46,351 nucleotides of DNA from Dehalococcoidia bacterium (GTDB taxonomy: Bacteria; Chloroflexota; Dehalococcoidia; GIF9; AB-539-J10), in contig JAUWYE010000001.1 in assembly GCA_030615965.1 (NCBI GenBank), forward strand, positions 1 to 46,351. Direction: 5' to 3'. A program made the translations under genes and the position numbers. Below the pieces are notes generated by a model that was not told where the DNA came from, did not search any database, and saw nothing but the letters and a program-made list of their open reading frames with translations. The stretch's first letter is position 1. Every line of letters begins with the position of its first letter. Shown piece by piece: positions 38,789 to 46,351 of this stretch.

Positions 38789-40252
38789 ATGGGATGTTAT
38801 AGTTATAATTGTGTCGCAACAATGACCATCGTTGGACTACCAGACAAGGCAGTCCAGGAGGCAAGAGAAAGAGTAAGGTCAGCCATAAGAAACTCCTACT
38901 ACAAGTTCCCTAACAGGCGTATTACTGTCAACCTGGCTCCAGCAGACTTAAAAAAGGAAGGCCCTGCTTACGACTTACCCATAGCCATAGGCATACTGAT
39001 TAGCTCAGACCAGCTAAACGCTGACCTTTCCCATAGTATCTTTTTAGGGGAACTCTCTTTGGATGGCAAGCTACGCCATACCCATGGGGTATTGCCTATG
39101 GTAGCTTTAGCCCGTGATAAAGGCTTATCTACCATATTCGTGCCTTTGGATGATGCTAAAGAGGCTTCCCTTATAGATAATATACATATATTCCCTACGG
39201 AATCGTTAGCGCAACTGGTTGTTCACCTTCAAGGCGAAGTAGACATCCCGGAGTACCATAGCGAGCTAAATTGGGAACAGGAATTTCGCCCTAGTTACGC
39301 CTTCGACCTCATTTATATCAAGGGTCAGGAGCATGCCAAGAGAGCTCTGGAGATAGCGGCGGCAGGAAGACACAATATCCTCATGGGTGGCCCGCCGGGA
39401 AGCGGCAAGACTATGTTGGCTCGTTCTTTGCCCTCGATACTTCCCCTGTTGACCATGGAGGAAGCTATCGAGGTAACCAAGATTTACAGCGTTAGTGGAT
39501 TGTTGCCGCAAGACACTCCCATCATTGTAGAGCGTCCTTTTCGTTCCCCTCACTATACTATTTCCCATGCTGGCTTGGTGGGAGGGGGGCAATGGCCAAG
39601 GCCCGGGGAGATAAGCCTGGGGCACCACGGGGTGCTTTTTCTGGATGAATTCCCTGAGTTTGGGCATGTTACTCTGGAATCGCTGCGCCAACCCATAGAA
39701 GATAGAACAATTACCGTCAGCCGTGCTCGTGGCAGTGTTACCTTCCCTGCTAGCTTTATGCTGGTTGCAGCTATGAACCCCTGCCCCTGTGGGTATTATG
39801 GCGACCCGTTTAAGGAATGTAAGTGCTCGTCAGGAGAAATCTCTCGCTATCATAAAAGGATAAGCGGACCATTACTGGACCGTATTGATATCTTTGTTGA
39901 TGTTCCCCATATTGATTATGAAAAACTCACTGAAGATAAGCCCGGGGAAAGCTCGGATAAAGTCAGGGCCAGGGTCAAGGCGGCGCATGAAATACAGCTT
40001 GGGCGTTTCCAGGGGACGAAGCTGAGGTGCAATGCCGATATGACACCCAAGGAGGTGAAGGAATTCTGCACGGTGGAACCAGCAGCCCAGAGCCTGCTTC
40101 GCGCCGCCATGAAGCAGCTTCATCTCACCGGCCGTGCCTTCCATCGCATCCTCAAGCTTTCCCGCACCATCGCCGACTTAGAGCACAGCGACATCATCAA
40201 AACACATCATATGGCTGAAGCTCTACAGTACCGGCACAAGGAAATAATCTAA
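38789..40252 (+). CDS. comM: ComM/YifB Mg-chelatase-like AAA+ protein, with the 5' end replaced or truncated
   Basis: TIVGLPDKAVQEARERVRSAIRNS...ITVNLAPADLKKEGPAYDLPIAIGIL, Walker A GPPGSGKTMLA, ...GVLFLDEFPEF.... The first 12 codons (MGCYSYNCVATM) are unrelated to ComM. An in-frame TAG lies 9 nt upstream of the ATG. Roughly 20-30 N-terminal residues of a full-length ComM are missing. Confidence 0.85.
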   Translation: MGCYSYNCVATMTIVGLPDKAVQEARERVRSAIRNSYYKFPNRRITVNLAPADLKKEGPAYDLPIAIGILISSDQLNADLSHSIFLGELSLDGKLRHTHGVLPMVALARDKGLSTIFVPLDDAKEASLIDNIHIFPTESLAQLVVHLQGEVDIPEYHSELNWEQEFRPSYAFDLIYIKGQEHAKRALEIAAAGRHNILMGGPPGSGKTMLARSLPSILPLLTMEEAIEVTKIYSVSGLLPQDTPIIVERPFRSPHYTISHAGLVGGGQWPRPGEISLGHHGVLFLDEFPEFGHVTLESLRQPIEDRTITVSRARGSVTFPASFMLVAAMNPCPCGYYGDPFKECKCSSGEISRYHKRISGPLLDRIDIFVDVPHIDYEKLTEDKPGESSDKVRARVKAAHEIQLGRFQGTKLRCNADMTPKEVKEFCTVEPAAQSLLRAAMKQLHLTGRAFHRILKLSRTIADLEHSDIIKTHHMAEALQYRHKEII

Positions 40253-40365
40253 ACCTAACAATAAGAGAACAGGCTAGTACTCTGTTTGAGAGACCGAGCT
40301 GCCTAGCAAAAAGCTGGGCATTTCCCCCTTTTAAGCCATCAGTGGAATTGTGGATAACTAACCTC

Positions 40366-40408
40366 TTGACAAAACAAAATATTTGATGTAATATTCCCAT
40401 TATGGGAA
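40366..40408 (+). promoter_or_regulatory. higB promoter with an overlapping palindromic operator
   Basis: TTGACA (40366-40371), 17 nt, TAATAT (40389-40394). The perfect palindrome TTCCCA-tta-TGGGAA (40394-40408) lies at the expected transcription start. Confidence 0.5.
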
Positions 40409-40444
40409 CAATTATTAAGATAACCTATTACCCTATAACCAGAA

Positions 40445-40732
40445 ATGAAATTATTAGGCAAAAAAATATTAGACGATTTCAAACAAAAACATGCTGATGC
40501 CCAGTCGCAGATTGAGTCATGGATAGCAGAAATCGAGGAGGCCGAATGGAATACCCCGCATGACCTCAAGAGCAGGTATCCGAAAGCTAGTCTCATAGGG
40601 GATCAGCAGGTAGTTTTCGATATTTGCGGAAACAAGTATAGACTGCTAGCACTAGTCAGCTATAAAAATGGGATGGTACTGGTAAAGAAGGTCGGAACAC
40701 ATAAGGAATACGATAATTGGAATATAAATTAA
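40445..40732 (+). CDS. higB: HigB-family type II toxin (RelE/ParE superfamily)
   Basis: MKLLGKKILDDFKQKHADAQSQIESWIAEIEEAEWNTPHDLKSRYPKASLIGDQQVVFDICGNKYRLLALVSYKNGMVLVKKVGTHKEYDNW matches the HigB_toxin pattern (...W.......W.....k......s.......vFni.GNkyRli..i.y....v.i...GTH.EYD). Confidence 0.85.
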   Translation: MKLLGKKILDDFKQKHADAQSQIESWIAEIEEAEWNTPHDLKSRYPKASLIGDQQVVFDICGNKYRLLALVSYKNGMVLVKKVGTHKEYDNWNIN

Positions 40733-40740
40733 TTAACAAT

Positions 40741-41955
40741 ATGAGCAAAATTAAAGTCATAAAAACTGAACAAGACTATAGAGAAGCTCTCAAATTGCTC
40801 GAGGAGCTAATAAGCCATGACCCAGATCCCGAATCAGAAGCAGGTGAACAACTCAGTCTTCTTGGCACTCTCATTCAAGATTACGAGGAGAGAATACTCC
40901 CGGAAACACTCCCTGACCCGATTGAGGCGATCAAATTTAGAATGGAACAAGTTGGCCTTAAACCCGCTGATCTAATTCCTTACATCGGAAGCAGAAGCAG
41001 AGTATCAGAGATTCTCTCAGGCAAACGCCAACTTACTCTCGAAATGGTAAGAGCTCTTGAGTCAGGACTTGGTATCCCTGCCAAGGTCTTAATCCAAGAA
41101 TACAATCAAGACTTGGAGGCACAATATCAACACTGGGACACGAGTCTCGTTAGAAGTATGGAGACACGAGGATATTTTGGGGATATGTCATTGGAGAAAT
41201 ACGACAAAGTAGAACTATTAAAGAGTTTCTTTTCAATACTAGGAACTAAGGCACAACCTGCTGCGCTACTACGTAAAGCTAATTATCGCTCCCCTCGTAC
41301 GGATAAAAATGCGTTATCTGCCTGGATGATTCGGGTACTTCAGAAGGCAGAAAGGATAAAAGTACCCACTAAATACAAACATGGGGTGATTGCCCTCGCT
41401 TTTATGCAAGACTTTGTAAAGTTAAGCGTACAAGAAAATGGTCCGGTACTCGTCAAAGAGCACTTAAAAAAATATGGGGTCAAACTGGTTATTGAACCTC
41501 ATCTTCCCAAAACTAAGCTCGATGGGGCTGCAATATTAACAGAGAAAGACAATCCTGTGATTGGTTTAACTCTCAGATATGACCGCCTGGATAATTTCTG
41601 GTTCACGTTAATACATGAGTTAGCCCATATTGTTCTACATTACAATCAGGACATTGAACTTTTTTATGATGAATTTGATGATGTGAAAGGTTTTAATATT
41701 GGCGCCAAAGAGGAAGAAGCTGATCGTTTGACTAGTGAGGCTCTAGTCCCTTCGGACAAATGGGAAATCAGCCCAGCTAAACTCGTTCCTTCATCCATAG
41801 CTGCAAATAGCTTGGCAAAGGAGCTAGGTGTGCATGTTGCCATCGTTGCTGGGAAAATAAGACACGAAGGTGGCAAATGGACATACCTAAATAGCATCAT
41901 CGGTCAAGCAAAAGTTCATAAATATTTCCCTGACGAAAAATGGAATAAAAAATGA
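40741..41955 (+). CDS. higA: HigA-like HTH antitoxin fused to an ImmA/IrrE (M78) metallopeptidase domain
   Basis: ATG at 40741, 8 nt after the higB stop. The N-terminus MSKIKVIKTEQDYREALKLLEELIS...EAIKFRMEQVGLKPADLIPYIGSRSRVSEILSGKRQLTLEMVRAL is typical HigA with an XRE HTH. The C-terminal half carries the zinc motif FTLIHELAHIVLH (HExxH) and EEEADRLTSEALVP, typical of ImmA/IrrE. Confidence 0.8.
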   Translation: MSKIKVIKTEQDYREALKLLEELISHDPDPESEAGEQLSLLGTLIQDYEERILPETLPDPIEAIKFRMEQVGLKPADLIPYIGSRSRVSEILSGKRQLTLEMVRALESGLGIPAKVLIQEYNQDLEAQYQHWDTSLVRSMETRGYFGDMSLEKYDKVELLKSFFSILGTKAQPAALLRKANYRSPRTDKNALSAWMIRVLQKAERIKVPTKYKHGVIALAFMQDFVKLSVQENGPVLVKEHLKKYGVKLVIEPHLPKTKLDGAAILTEKDNPVIGLTLRYDRLDNFWFTLIHELAHIVLHYNQDIELFYDEFDDVKGFNIGAKEEEADRLTSEALVPSDKWEISPAKLVPSSIAANSLAKELGVHVAIVAGKIRHEGGKWTYLNSIIGQAKVHKYFPDEKWNKK

Positions 41956-43109
41956 TTACGTTCAACCCGAAGCACTATGTACCGATACTAAAATGGAAAC
42001 GTGCCGAGCAAAGGGCACTTGAGGCGTTGGATGAAAAAAAGAAGGACGCCATAACGCCCCTGATTGAGTTAGTAATGCCAATGGTGCCGCTTTACAAGAA
42101 AAAGGAGGGGAAGGACGAGAAAAAAATCAAAAAAACTCAAGATGAATTATTCACAGAAATAGTATTTAAATTCAAGGAAAAAAGAATAAAGCAAATCCCT
42201 GAAGAGATTTTGCGCTCGTGGGGTGCTAGACCAGTATTTCTTGATTTCAGCTTACTATACGAAGCCCAACTTACAACTCAACTAAAAGTAAATAGCTTAA
42301 ATAAAATTATACCTGTGGGAATTGATATGGGTCTTAAGATAATACCCGTCCTTAATTTGAATGATGACCCAAAAATAAAGGAAGCGATTTGCTCGCTCTT
42401 AGGAAAGAATAACCAAGGGATCTGTCTAAGGATAGCGCCTTCTGATCTTTCGAATATGAAAGTGCTGAATAAGAAAGTCAGAGATTTCCTTCGAGATTTT
42501 AGTTTACCTAGAAAAAGCATTGACCTTCTCATTGATATTAAAGAAATAAAGGAGAGAGGTGGTCAATACTTACAATTTATAAATGCAAGCCACGAGATAG
42601 AGAATCTATTGGAATGGAGAAATTTTATTTTTGCAAGCGGGGCATTCCCAGAAGACCTATCCGAATGCAAGCGCGACGAAGCCACATTGCTTCCTCGCTT
42701 TGATTGGCAAAATTGGTTACATTGTTCCAACGCAAAGAAGCTTAAAAGGAACCCCACCTTTGCCGATTATACTATTCGTAATCCTATTTTTTACGAGTTG
42801 CTCCAGTATTACAATCCTACTACTAGTATTAAATATTCACTTGAAAATGATTGGTTAGTTATGAAAGGAAGGGTGCGAGAGCTTGAGCTTTATCTGGCAA
42901 ATGCAAAACTTTTAGTCGCAGATACTGATTACTTTTATGGAGAAAACTTTAGCTGGGGGGATAAAAACATTGCACAAAAAGCCAAATATTATCACCAATA
43001 CGTTAAAAATCGCTCAGCTAAAGGGACTGGGCGTACCGAAGATTGGATCGCATGGGGCATGAATCACCACTTGACATCGGTGGTAGATCAGATCGCCAAT
43101 CTTCTCTAG
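41952..43109 (+). CDS. Beta-family protein (Pfam Beta_protein / sce7725-like), function unknown
   Basis: Its start overlaps the higA::immA stop (ATGA at 41952-41955). The N-terminus HYVPILKWKRAEQRALEALDEKKKDAITPLIELV and later ICLRIAPSDL, DLLIDIKEI and NPTFADYTIRNP follow the Beta_protein family pattern as I recall it. Confidence 0.65.
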   Translation: MITFNPKHYVPILKWKRAEQRALEALDEKKKDAITPLIELVMPMVPLYKKKEGKDEKKIKKTQDELFTEIVFKFKEKRIKQIPEEILRSWGARPVFLDFSLLYEAQLTTQLKVNSLNKIIPVGIDMGLKIIPVLNLNDDPKIKEAICSLLGKNNQGICLRIAPSDLSNMKVLNKKVRDFLRDFSLPRKSIDLLIDIKEIKERGGQYLQFINASHEIENLLEWRNFIFASGAFPEDLSECKRDEATLLPRFDWQNWLHCSNAKKLKRNPTFADYTIRNPIFYELLQYYNPTTSIKYSLENDWLVMKGRVRELELYLANAKLLVADTDYFYGENFSWGDKNIAQKAKYYHQYVKNRSAKGTGRTEDWIAWGMNHHLTSVVDQIANLL

Positions 43110-43689
43110 AGACAAGTAAGGTATATCTTACTTTTTCCTTGAGAGTATCTACGTTTAATGTGTTTGCTAACCTCTCGTATATTGATTCCCGCGGTTTAGA
43201 ACGCACTCCGGTCGCCTTATTTTTTTCTTCTAAAATTTGTAACGCTTCCTCTCTCCACAGTAATCGTGCGATGGAAATTCCAACCTGCTTTTGGTTGTCT
43301 TCAGCTTTACGAATAGTATGGAAAATTACTTTATTATTTCTATTAACTTTTGCAACCATGATACCCCACCAATCAGGAATAAGATTTATTGCATCGTATA
43401 AATGACGCTTTCCTACAACTAAAGTTAGTCTATCAAAGACGTCATTGAATTCGTTCATTTGTTCTGGTAATCGTTCCAGCGTATCGCGATCGCTTTTTAT
43501 TTCATAACCATGCATAATTCCATTTATTACTACAATATCAATTCTAGCCGTACCATGCCGGACACCCAGTTCCTCAATGATTCGCAGTTCATCATCTCGT
43601 GCGTGGCGCCTTTCTAAATCCTTCTTTAGAGCGGATCTTATGATTAAATCGTTTGTAGAAACTATGTTGTTAAAAACGTTTTTCTTCAT
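43018..43689 (-). CDS. sce7726-family-like protein with a PD-(D/E)xK-type core
   Basis: IRSALKKDLERRHARDDELRIIEELGVRHGTARIDIVVINGIMHGYEIKSDRDTLERLPEQMNEFNDVFDRLTLVV contains D...E-x-K (IDIVV...YEIKSD). The order of elements matches my memory of sce7726 proteins. A TATAAT -10 lies upstream at about 43722-43727. The 3' end overlaps the convergent Beta gene by 92 nt. Confidence 0.6.
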   Translation of the reverse strand: MKKNVFNNIVSTNDLIIRSALKKDLERRHARDDELRIIEELGVRHGTARIDIVVINGIMHGYEIKSDRDTLERLPEQMNEFNDVFDRLTLVVGKRHLYDAINLIPDWWGIMVAKVNRNNKVIFHTIRKAEDNQKQVGISIARLLWREEALQILEEKNKATGVRSKPRESIYERLANTLNVDTLKEKVRYTLLVSREDWRSDLPPMSSGDSCPMRSNLRYAQSL

Positions 43690-44366
43690 AAGATAAACAC
43701 TTAGATTATCAGCATTTTATTTGATTATACTACACTGGATTAGAATAGCATATAAGCCCCCTTAGAAACTGGTAGGGAGCAGTAAAATCATTTACTCTGT
43801 AAGGTTATAATCGGGTTTTTGAGTTTACATCAAACTGTTTAATTACTAATACTCCCTCTTTAAGAATGTCGATGTATCCCAAGTCCTAAAGAGTTATAAG
43901 AGGCTTTGCACTGGGATCATTGTAGTCTTTAATGTGATGTTTTTCCGATTTCGCCTGGCGGAGAAAATCAAACTTTCACATCCAGCTCGAACTTGAGATT
44001 CTTGTTTGAAATCTCTCCCGTCAAAACGGGGAGAGACTGAAACAAATTGATACTCCCTGAACCATTTACTACCGGAATATGCGCTATTATCTTTGCCTCC
44101 CCCCTTCTTCTAATCGATGATTGCGTCATCGACCAAATATCCCAGAAGCTTCTCTAAACCCTGAGGCGTGAAAGAATCCTTTCCTTCACGTGTATACTTT
44201 CAGCAAGCTCTTGATCAGTTGTTACCTGGTATTAAAGTCATTATAATGCTCTCAGGCAGATAGGTAAAAGAATTATCAGGTTAACATTCTTAGAAATGTG
44301 GATGTCTATTCTTGGCAGCAAAGTGCTATGATATAATTAAGCTATCTATTCCCGCAGTGACAAGTT

Positions 44367-45989
44367 TTGAGCCGAGGTAACGCAGTGCAGGCACAGACGA
44401 CCAGCTCTAAAGGGCTACCCTCTGTATCGCTAGTCATACCAGCTTATAATGAGGAAAAATATCTGCCTTTGTGTTTAGAGTCAATAAAAAAGCAGGACTA
44501 CGCCGCAGAGCATGAGGTCATCGTGGTTGATAATGCCAGCACGGACAATACGGCCAAGATAGCTCTCGATTGGGGAGCAAAGGTTGTCTATGAGAGTAAG
44601 CGAAGTCCTGCGTGCGCTCGGCAAAAGGGCGCCGAAGCAGCAACAGGCGAGATTATCGCCTTCATCGATGCCGATACTCAAGCACCAACTTGCTGGCTTT
44701 CAACCATCGTGTCACGCTTCGTTCGGGAGCCAGAGACGGTGGTGATAAGTGGACCCTATGCCTACTTCGATGCTGGCAGAATTGCCAAGATTGCCTCTTA
44801 CAGTGGTAATTTCATCAACATTAGCATAGACCAGCTTTTTCGTAAAGCTTTTAATAAGGGTGGTGCTCTATGGGGGTGTAACTTCGCCGTGCGACGCTCA
44901 GCGTTACTGGAAGTAGGTGGATTTGATACCAGCATCAAGTTTTATGGCGAGGAGTACGAACTTTCCTTGAGACTGAAGAGAGTTGGTATGGGAGGCATTA
45001 TCCCCCGGCTCTTTGTCCTTACCTCGGCTCGTCGCTTGAAGGGGCTGGGCGTGGTGACTCAATACTGGAACTGGATTGTGAATTACTTCTCGGTCCTTTT
45101 CTGGTATAAACCAATTTCCGAAAAGCTGGAAGACTGGCCGGCCAAAGCGTGGCAAACAGTGGTTGCCAGTTTTTCCTCGCAGAGAGTGAGAGCATCCTTG
45201 TGGTATGTTGCCCTTCTCTTTGGCTTACTTTGGTTGCATATCAGCCCCGTGATTGAGGCAGTGGGAAGGCTCATTTACGTTTTTGATATTGGTGTTTTGG
45301 GTACACTGTTTGCCTACCACGGGATCAACCCTCGCTCCCGGTTCTATGGCAAGGTATGGTCTAATGGCAACCGGAACCATTCTCGGATTGCGCTGACTTT
45401 TGATGACGGCCCAAACGAGCCATACACCTCTCATGTTCTCAGCATATTGGAGCAATATAAAATAAAAGCGACCTTCTTTGTCATTGGGCAAAACGCTCGG
45501 CGCCATCCTGAGATCTGCCGGCGGATAGTGACAGCAGGAAATGTGATTGGGAATCACTCCTACCATCATCACAAGTCACTATGCCTGAGATGGGGCAAGG
45601 CGGTTGCTCGTGACATTGAGCTGGCTCATCAGACAATCTATGAGTGTACCGGATTTGAGCCAAAGCTTTTTCGTCCTCCCTACGGCTTCCGTACCCCCTG
45701 GCTGATGCGAACTGTTCGCCACCTCGGGTACACGGTAGTTACCTGGGACAACATGACCAGTGACTGGAAGGCAAATAAGTCTGGCGAGGAGATTGTACGG
45801 ACTATTGTTCAGCGGGTAAAGCCAGGGAGCGTAATTGTCCTGCATGATGGTCGCGATAGCAGACCAAGCTATGACCGTAGCCAGATGCTCCAGGCTCTTC
45901 CCTTCGTTATTGAGACCTTAAAGGATAGGGGTTTTGATTTTGTCACCATACCTGAGCTCCTTGAGTCGGAAGGAGAGTCTTCAGTCTAG
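44367..45989 (+). CDS. bifunctional family-2 glycosyltransferase / NodB-type polysaccharide deacetylase membrane protein
   Basis: GT2: SVSLVIPAYNEEKYLPLCLESIKKQDY...VIVVDNASTDNT...FIDADT. TM segments sit mid-protein. NodB: ALTFDDGPNEPYTSHVL...GNHSYHHH. The alternative GTG start at 44385 has a better RBS (GAGGT, 6 nt) than TTG at 44367. Confidence 0.85.
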   Translation: MSRGNAVQAQTTSSKGLPSVSLVIPAYNEEKYLPLCLESIKKQDYAAEHEVIVVDNASTDNTAKIALDWGAKVVYESKRSPACARQKGAEAATGEIIAFIDADTQAPTCWLSTIVSRFVREPETVVISGPYAYFDAGRIAKIASYSGNFINISIDQLFRKAFNKGGALWGCNFAVRRSALLEVGGFDTSIKFYGEEYELSLRLKRVGMGGIIPRLFVLTSARRLKGLGVVTQYWNWIVNYFSVLFWYKPISEKLEDWPAKAWQTVVASFSSQRVRASLWYVALLFGLLWLHISPVIEAVGRLIYVFDIGVLGTLFAYHGINPRSRFYGKVWSNGNRNHSRIALTFDDGPNEPYTSHVLSILEQYKIKATFFVIGQNARRHPEICRRIVTAGNVIGNHSYHHHKSLCLRWGKAVARDIELAHQTIYECTGFEPKLFRPPYGFRTPWLMRTVRHLGYTVVTWDNMTSDWKANKSGEEIVRTIVQRVKPGSVIVLHDGRDSRPSYDRSQMLQALPFVIETLKDRGFDFVTIPELLESEGESSV

Positions 45990-46017
45990 CAAGCCCGGTC
46001 TCGGCATACGAACGAAC

Positions 46018-46351
46018 TCACGGATGTTTTGGGCCGTACCTGGTCAAAAGTGCCGCCCTGGAAAACCAGACTTCTTTTAGCTCCCAAGGCTTTTCTCTGA
46101 GTCCAGACACTTCGTCTCCCCGCAAATGATAGACTTGCATTAACCCGGCCATATAGAAGCGGGCCCCTTTCTTCCGCAAGCTATCGGACAGTTCATCAAC
46201 TTGGAATCCCAGTCGTCTGGCGGCTACATGCAGGAGGGTGCTGCCGTGGAGCGCTGTAATATTGCCAAACATCCCGCTGGCTATTTGCTGAGCTAGAAAG
46301 TGGAGGTCCTGTGCGAAGCAACCAAGGAATTCCCGGGGCGATTGTGAGGCT
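46018..46351 (-). CDS. 3' part of a gene that runs off the right edge; function unassigned
   Basis: The minus frame stays open from 46351 down to the stop at 46018 (...ASQSPREFLGCFAQDLHFLAQQIASGMFGNITALHG...). The track's Met at 46272 is therefore probably internal. Confidence 0.5.
   Translation of the reverse strand, partial: ASQSPREFLGCFAQDLHFLAQQIASGMFGNITALHGSTLLHVAARRLGFQVDELSDSLRKKGARFYMAGLMQVYHLRGDEVSGLREKPWELKEVWFSRAALLTRYGPKHP

Overview
Bacterial-type sequence: strong GGAGG ribosome-binding sites, dense coding on both strands, rich in accessory genes. The right end cuts inside a gene and the left end may carry the tail of another ORF, so this may be a whole contig. I saw no rRNA, tRNA or CRISPR array. 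Layout, left to right. (1) 0.26-12.0 kb, minus strand: secreted and lipoprotein genes. These include three consecutive dockerin-tagged proteins, two of which also carry a cohesin (cargo: C39-like peptidase, glycoside hydrolase, SH3b plus lysozyme-like), a truncated legumain-like/DUF11 gene with a decayed anchor remnant, and a BNR/Asp-box propeller lipoprotein. (2) 12.0-13.1 kb: gene-free, low-complexity DNA with a pyrimidine-rich tract, a nested hairpin, a G9 run and a cluster of TGGAAC/GTTCCA motifs. (3) 13.1-17.0 kb: an R-M-like operon, PD-ExK nuclease / N6A methyltransferase with TRD / second PD-ExK nuclease. (4) 17.4-26.8 kb, AT-rich island: an orphan promoter-plus-terminator sRNA candidate, a HEPN (R-x4-H) protein divergent from a RapA-like SNF2 ATPase, a 936-bp stretch of gene remnants, a 2TM SLATT-like protein, an RNase HIII / Zn-ribbon / PIN fusion, and an HNH protein. 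(5) 27.1-28.8 kb: a PQQ-like propeller protein with a CFIATAAYG-type C-terminal anchor, and an untracked 45-aa zinc-ribbon gene. (6) 28.9-38.8 kb: integrative element(s) with no virion genes, carrying Ku, an ATP-dependent ligase, a sliding clamp and two tyrosine recombinases (one broken by two frameshifts), abutting a 5'-truncated comM. (7) 40.4-43.7 kb, AT-rich: higB / higA fused to an ImmA-type metallopeptidase / Beta-family protein (ATGA-coupled), with a convergent sce7726-like PD-ExK protein. (8) A GT2 plus NodB deacetylase fusion and a partial gene. The two best candidates for an undescribed system are the 18.1-26.8 kb island (HEPN, SNF2, 2TM, RNase HIII-PIN, HNH) and the higB / higA::immA / Beta / sce7726 cluster. 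All family assignments rest on motifs read by eye and need HMM or structure confirmation.
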